From the NCBI GenBank assembly GCA_030430425.1, contig JAUIFS010000002.1, forward strand, positions 1-55,755: 55,755 bases of DNA. The letters run 5' to 3'. Positions 51,852-55,755 of the stretch are shown here, in pieces. Under the pieces are notes generated by a model. The model was not told where the DNA came from. It ran no database searches and saw only the letters and a list, made by a program, of their open reading frames with translations. The position numbers and the translations under genes were made by a program. This DNA comes from a bacterium (GTDB lineage: Bacteria; Patescibacteriota; Minisyncoccia; Phycocordibacterales; UBA918). How positions within the stretch are numbered: position 1 is the stretch's first letter; each line of letters starts with the position of its first letter.

Positions 51852-53066
51852 ATGAAATTTCCAGATCATTTTTGGTGGGGTGCAGCAACAGCCTCGTATC
51901 AAGTTGAAGGGTGCAATGAGAACACAGATTGGGCAAAAGCGGCAAAAGAAGGAAGAGTTCCTCTCGCAGGGCGCCTTGCAGATCATTACCATCGCTATGA
52001 AGAAGATTTTGATATAGCAAAAAAGCTTGGACACAATGCACACCGTTTTTCTATAGAGTGGGCACGTATTGAGCCACAGGAAGGGATTTTTGATGAGAAA
52101 GAGATAGAGCATTATCGAAAAGTGCTTCAAGCACTAAAAAAGCGTGGAATTACACCACTGGTTACGCTGTGGCACTTCACGCTCCCGTTATGGTTTTCCG
52201 AGAGTGGTGGTTTTGAGCGGAAGGATGCACCGGTTATTTTTGCACGCTACTGTGCTTTTGTTGTTCGTGAATTGGGAGATTTATGCGAACATTATGCAAC
52301 TATGAATGAACCAAATGTGTTCGGTTCAAATGGGTGGCTTCGTGGTAGCTGGCCACCGTTCAAACGTTTTGCAGCAACTGATTTAGTTTCAATAACAAAT
52401 TCTGGAAGAGAATATAAGTCACGAGCAGAAAAGGGAATACGACCATTGTTTTTATATATGCGCGTAATGAAAAATTTAGCAATGGCACATAACATGGCAT
52501 ATGATGCAATTAAGGAAGTTGACTTGCAGAAAGACATCAGTGTCGTTAAACATGTCATTTATTTTCATGCAAACAGGAATCCATTAAATATAGCAAAAGC
52601 ACGAATTGCAAATTACACGTGGACTCATATTTTTATGAGACGAACCCATAAAAAATGTGATTCTATTGGTCTTAATTACTATTTTCACAAAAAATTTGGA
52701 GATTCAGCAGTGTATGAAAAGACAGACATGGACTGGGATATATACCCTGAAGGCATCTTGGGTTCACTACGACTTTTATGGAAGTATAAGAAACCGATTT
52801 ATGTTTCTGAAGCTGGACTTGCTGATAGAGAAGATAAGTATCGAGCTGCATACATACAAAGACAAATTGAGGCTATTGCACAAGCAATTGAAGATGGAGT
52901 GGACGTGCGTGGGCATATGTACTGGTCACTGATGGATAACTACGAATGGGCACTGGGGATCGAAAAACAGTTTGGTTTGGTAAAAATAAACTATGAAACA
53001 CTTGAGCGAGAAATTCGTCCAAGCGCATGGGTGTACAAAGAACTGATTGAAAAATATTCACAGTAG
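51852..53066 (+). CDS. GH1-family beta-glucosidase/glycosidase
   Basis: The ATG at 51852 gives MKFPDHFWWGAATASYQVEG. HRFSIEWARIEP, TMNEPN (acid/base Glu), YVSEAG (nucleophile Glu), WSLMDNYEW. Confidence 0.9.
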   Translation: MKFPDHFWWGAATASYQVEGCNENTDWAKAAKEGRVPLAGRLADHYHRYEEDFDIAKKLGHNAHRFSIEWARIEPQEGIFDEKEIEHYRKVLQALKKRGITPLVTLWHFTLPLWFSESGGFERKDAPVIFARYCAFVVRELGDLCEHYATMNEPNVFGSNGWLRGSWPPFKRFAATDLVSITNSGREYKSRAEKGIRPLFLYMRVMKNLAMAHNMAYDAIKEVDLQKDISVVKHVIYFHANRNPLNIAKARIANYTWTHIFMRRTHKKCDSIGLNYYFHKKFGDSAVYEKTDMDWDIYPEGILGSLRLLWKYKKPIYVSEAGLADREDKYRAAYIQRQIEAIAQAIEDGVDVRGHMYWSLMDNYEWALGIEKQFGLVKINYETLEREIRPSAWVYKELIEKYSQ

Positions 53067-53123
53067 TCTGCAATGTGGACAGAAAAGGCAGAAAATATCA
53101 ATAAATAGTGGGATAATGTCACT

Positions 53124-54056
53124 ATGACTTGGCTTTTACTTGCAACAGCAGGGCAGTTTTTAAATGCAGTTGTTGCGGTACTTGATAAATATATTGTAAC
53201 CGACGAGAAAGTGCTTCCACGACCGTTTGTGTATGCCTTTTACTCTTGTCTTATCACGGGATTTTGGGTGGTTATTTATTTGGTTGGTCTTATCCCTGGG
53301 TTGCATCATGTAGGGGTGCCACACTTTAGCAATGTGCAATCACCGTCGATTCAGGTGGTGGGGATGTCTTTTCTTGCTGCATACACATTCTTTATGGCGT
53401 TGGTGTCCATGTATGACGCATTGAAGCATGCTGATGCGTCTGACGTAATGCCAGTGATTGGAGCAGTCTCAGCAGTTTCGACGTTTGGTATGTCGTATCT
53501 TTTTCTGGGCATCAAACTTTCTCCAAACTTTATTTGGGGTATTGCGCTCCTTGCAGTTGGAACATTGCTCGTGTCACAAATGCGCTTCACAAAAGGAGTG
53601 GTACTCCATACTATTCATAGTGGTATTTTCTTCGCATTGCACTATATTGCCATGAAGGGACTATTTCAAGAGACATCGTTTGACGACGGTTTCTTTTGGT
53701 CGCGTATTGGTTTTGTGATGTTTGCACTTTCTTTGCTGCTCGTTCCTGCATATTATGAAAAAATTACTGCACAAACAAAGAAGGTGACGCGCAAGAGTGG
53801 TGAGCTTGTGCTCGTAACAAAGATTCTTGCAGGAGTTGCAGCGTTTATGCTACTGAAAGCAACAGATTTAGGTGACGTGACAGTTGTGCAGGCACTTGAT
53901 GGTCTTAAGTATGTGTTTATTATTCTCTTGAGTATTGTTGCAGGACGATTTATTCCGGTTGCAGCAGGAGAGAATGACTGGGATGCACAAGTTATTTTGA
54001 GAAAAGTATTGTTTATTTGTGTTATTTCAATCGGATTTGTAATGCTTTTTATATAA
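53124..54056 (+). CDS. 10-TM membrane protein (DMT/EamA-like layout)
   Basis: Two roughly repeated 5-TM halves. No diagnostic motif recognised. Confidence 0.5.
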   Translation: MTWLLLATAGQFLNAVVAVLDKYIVTDEKVLPRPFVYAFYSCLITGFWVVIYLVGLIPGLHHVGVPHFSNVQSPSIQVVGMSFLAAYTFFMALVSMYDALKHADASDVMPVIGAVSAVSTFGMSYLFLGIKLSPNFIWGIALLAVGTLLVSQMRFTKGVVLHTIHSGIFFALHYIAMKGLFQETSFDDGFFWSRIGFVMFALSLLLVPAYYEKITAQTKKVTRKSGELVLVTKILAGVAAFMLLKATDLGDVTVVQALDGLKYVFIILLSIVAGRFIPVAAGENDWDAQVILRKVLFICVISIGFVMLFI

Positions 54057-54059
54057 AAT

Positions 54060-55082
54060 ATGAAACGTAGATTTGCAAAAATTGGAATATGGGTGCTAGG
54101 GATACTTTTGGTTTTCAGTAGCATTGCCATCTTGTTAGCACATAAACCAAAGCCAGAAAAAATCCAGTATGGGATGTCTTTTAACACGATGTACGCAAAT
54201 GAGTTAGGACTTGATTGGAAAGAGACGTACGATGCAATCCTTAATGAACTTGGAGTACGACATTTGCGTCTTGCGGCGCACTGGCCCATGGTGGAGCCTA
54301 TTAATGATGTCTATAATTTTGAGGAGCTTGATTATCAGCTTGCACAGGCTGAAGCAGTTGGTGCACAAGTTGTTTTTGCCGTAGGCAGGAGGCTTCCGCG
54401 GTGGCCTGAGTGTCATGTGCCTGAATGGGCAGCAGCATTGCCTTGGGAAGCACAGCAAGAAGAAATTTTAAACTATATAACCGTAGTGGTAGACCGATAT
54501 AAAGACAACGATACTATCACATACTGGCAAATAGAAAACGAACCATATTTAGAAGTATTTGCTAAAGATCACTGTGGCGAGTTTGACGAAGCTTTTTTTG
54601 AGCGTGAGGTAGCGCATTTTCGGTCGCTCGACGACTCGCGACCTTTTTTGGTAACTGACAGTGGTAACCTCGGAACATGGTTTGGTCCGTATAAACACGG
54701 AGACGCGTTTGGTACCAGTGTATATGTTCATTTTTGGAATCCTGAGCTGGGACAGTTTAAAACAATTCTTCCGCCGTGGTTTTATCGCTTGAAAGAAGGA
54801 GTGGTTGCACTCTTTTATGGGGAGCAGGAAACTATGCTTATTGAGCTCTCAGCGGAACCTTGGTTGCTTGAGCCTATTACGGACGTTCCCATTGAGACAC
54901 AGTACTCAAGAATGAATATTGATACCTTTAATGACATTTTAGAATATGCCCAGAAAACCCGCTATACAAAACAGTATCTATGGGGAGCAGAGTGGTGGTA
55001 CTGGTTGCATTTGCAAGGTGAGCACCATATGTGGGAGCGGGGAAAGCAGCTGTTTGAAGCTTCACAAGCTGATACACTATAA
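54060..55082 (+). CDS. membrane-anchored clan GH-A (TIM-barrel) glycoside hydrolase-like protein
   Basis: TM anchor, LRLAAHWPMVEP, WQIENEPY (NEP acid/base signature). Confidence 0.6.
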   Translation: MKRRFAKIGIWVLGILLVFSSIAILLAHKPKPEKIQYGMSFNTMYANELGLDWKETYDAILNELGVRHLRLAAHWPMVEPINDVYNFEELDYQLAQAEAVGAQVVFAVGRRLPRWPECHVPEWAAALPWEAQQEEILNYITVVVDRYKDNDTITYWQIENEPYLEVFAKDHCGEFDEAFFEREVAHFRSLDDSRPFLVTDSGNLGTWFGPYKHGDAFGTSVYVHFWNPELGQFKTILPPWFYRLKEGVVALFYGEQETMLIELSAEPWLLEPITDVPIETQYSRMNIDTFNDILEYAQKTRYTKQYLWGAEWWYWLHLQGEHHMWERGKQLFEASQADTL

Positions 55083-55099
55083 GAGAAAATAAAGTTCGT

Positions 55100-55279
55100 A
55101 TGCGCATTTTTAAGTTTATATTTCCATTTTTGTATGCGCGCAATTGGCATACTGGTGCACAGGAGTTATCGCGCCCGCGCGTTGCGCTTTTTTCTGCGAT
55201 GTTATTTCTTATTTTGCTCGGTGTTCTCATGACGTTACTGTTGCAAACTCCAGTAACGTATAAAGCTGCTTTTCTATAA
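55100..55279 (+). CDS. possible small membrane protein (59 aa)
   Basis: ATG at 55100 to TAA at 55277-55279. Product MRIFKFIFPFLYARNWHTGAQELSRPRVALFSAMLFLILLGVLMTLLLQTPVTYKAAFL, with one TM. Below the ORF-track cutoff. Confidence 0.3.
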   Translation: MRIFKFIFPFLYARNWHTGAQELSRPRVALFSAMLFLILLGVLMTLLLQTPVTYKAAFL

Positions 55280-55287
55280 AGAGAATT

Positions 55288-55713
55288 ATGAAAAGTGTTA
55301 AACTATTTCTTCTGGTGGGGTGCGTATTGTTGCTCACTTCAGCCGCAGCAACAGCATATGTGTGGAATATGGTGCAAGAAACACTCTCTGTCTCTTCTGA
55401 AGCACCGGTAGTAGAAGAGGAAGCAGCGGACTCTTCTGCAGAAACACAACATGGTTCAGTACGGGAAGATACATCCGAAATGCCTGTTGCTGAGTCGGTG
55501 CCTGATGCAGGTGTAGCACTGCCTGCAGAATCGCTCTCTGCATCACAAAAAGCTGTGCTTGATACGATGGGGATTGAGATTGACTCGTTTGTTATAACTC
55601 CAGCAATGGTGCGTTGTGCTGAAGAAAAGCTGGGATCATCTAGAGTGCGTGAACTTATGGATGGGGTCGCTCCTACGCTTTTGGAAGTCGCGTCGCTCAC
55701 TCCGTGTCTGTAA
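55288..55713 (+). CDS. secreted/membrane-anchored hypothetical protein
   Basis: Signal-like MKSVKLFLLVGCVLLLTSAAATA, an acidic linker and a small C-terminal domain. Preferred over the Ser/Ala-rich antisense ORF 55227-55700. Confidence 0.55.
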   Translation: MKSVKLFLLVGCVLLLTSAAATAYVWNMVQETLSVSSEAPVVEEEAADSSAETQHGSVREDTSEMPVAESVPDAGVALPAESLSASQKAVLDTMGIEIDSFVITPAMVRCAEEKLGSSRVRELMDGVAPTLLEVASLTPCL

Positions 55714-55755
55714 AGTTGCTGTACAACCGTATTTTGCAGGGTATACTACCTATAT

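Noticed and set aside
55227-55700. 157-aa minus-strand ORF
   Set aside because: The plus-strand ORF (55288-55713) has a signal peptide and a sensible domain layout. The minus product is Ser/Ala/Thr-rich low complexity.
1-55755. CRISPR arrays, rRNA genes, transposases/integrases, alternative genetic code
   Set aside because: No regularly spaced repeat array was seen; the only spaced direct repeat has two copies. No rRNA-like or recombinase-like sequences were seen. TGA terminates well-supported genes (for example at 6776-6778) and tRNA-Trp has anticodon CCA, so there is no evidence for recoding.

Overview
This is a 55.8-kb gene-dense chromosomal window with about 60 supportable CDS and 4 tRNA genes, none encoding CCA. 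I saw no rRNA, CRISPR array, integrase or transposase. TGA ends several well-supported genes and tRNA-Trp carries anticodon CCA, so the standard code applies. By inference only, the gene content suggests a small-genome Patescibacteria/CPR (Parcubacteria-like) bacterium: VirB2/TrbC-like two-helix pilin modules, a membrane-anchored Clp-like ATPase, many small membrane-anchored secreted proteins, Lys-rich protein tails, hairpin terminators after nearly every gene, and little biosynthesis.

The backbone genes are:
- clpB (5' partial), miaA, 2-Cys peroxiredoxin, parB, a relA/spoT homologue
- topA, dprA, serS, an ftsQ-like gene, dus, a PBP5-type carboxypeptidase, dnaX
- a class I RNR (ATP-cone on NrdB, cone-less NrdA), a DEAD-box helicase
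- DsbB- and DsbA-like proteins, a GH1 glycosidase

Main leads:
1. 5726-9652 is a five-gene operon. Three paralogous pilin-like membrane modules are each fused to a different peptidoglycan-cleaving domain (SLT lytic transglycosylase, M15A-type peptidase, M15C/VanY-type peptidase), interleaved with two membrane-anchored unknowns. This is a candidate membrane- or pilus-displayed muralytic toolkit.
2. Three tRNA loci carry integration-type scars. tRNA-Tyr has repeated 3'-end copies next to an orphan MazF-like toxin. tRNA-Gln is followed by a ~370-bp mosaic of tRNA-Gln fragments and seven hairpins, then an AT-rich gene with an Rx4H HEPN-like motif. tRNA-Trp sits next to a compositionally aberrant, strongly signalled gene of unknown function.
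3. A TrpR-like gene between dprA and topA is bracketed by two copies of a trp-operator-like palindrome.
4. A tandem M14 peptidase pair has one copy that has lost all three catalytic positions.
5. A membrane-anchored double-ring Clp ATPase has a naturally degenerate D1 ring.
6. Three ATP-grasp ligases form a cluster.

All family calls come from motif recognition by eye. No searches were run.
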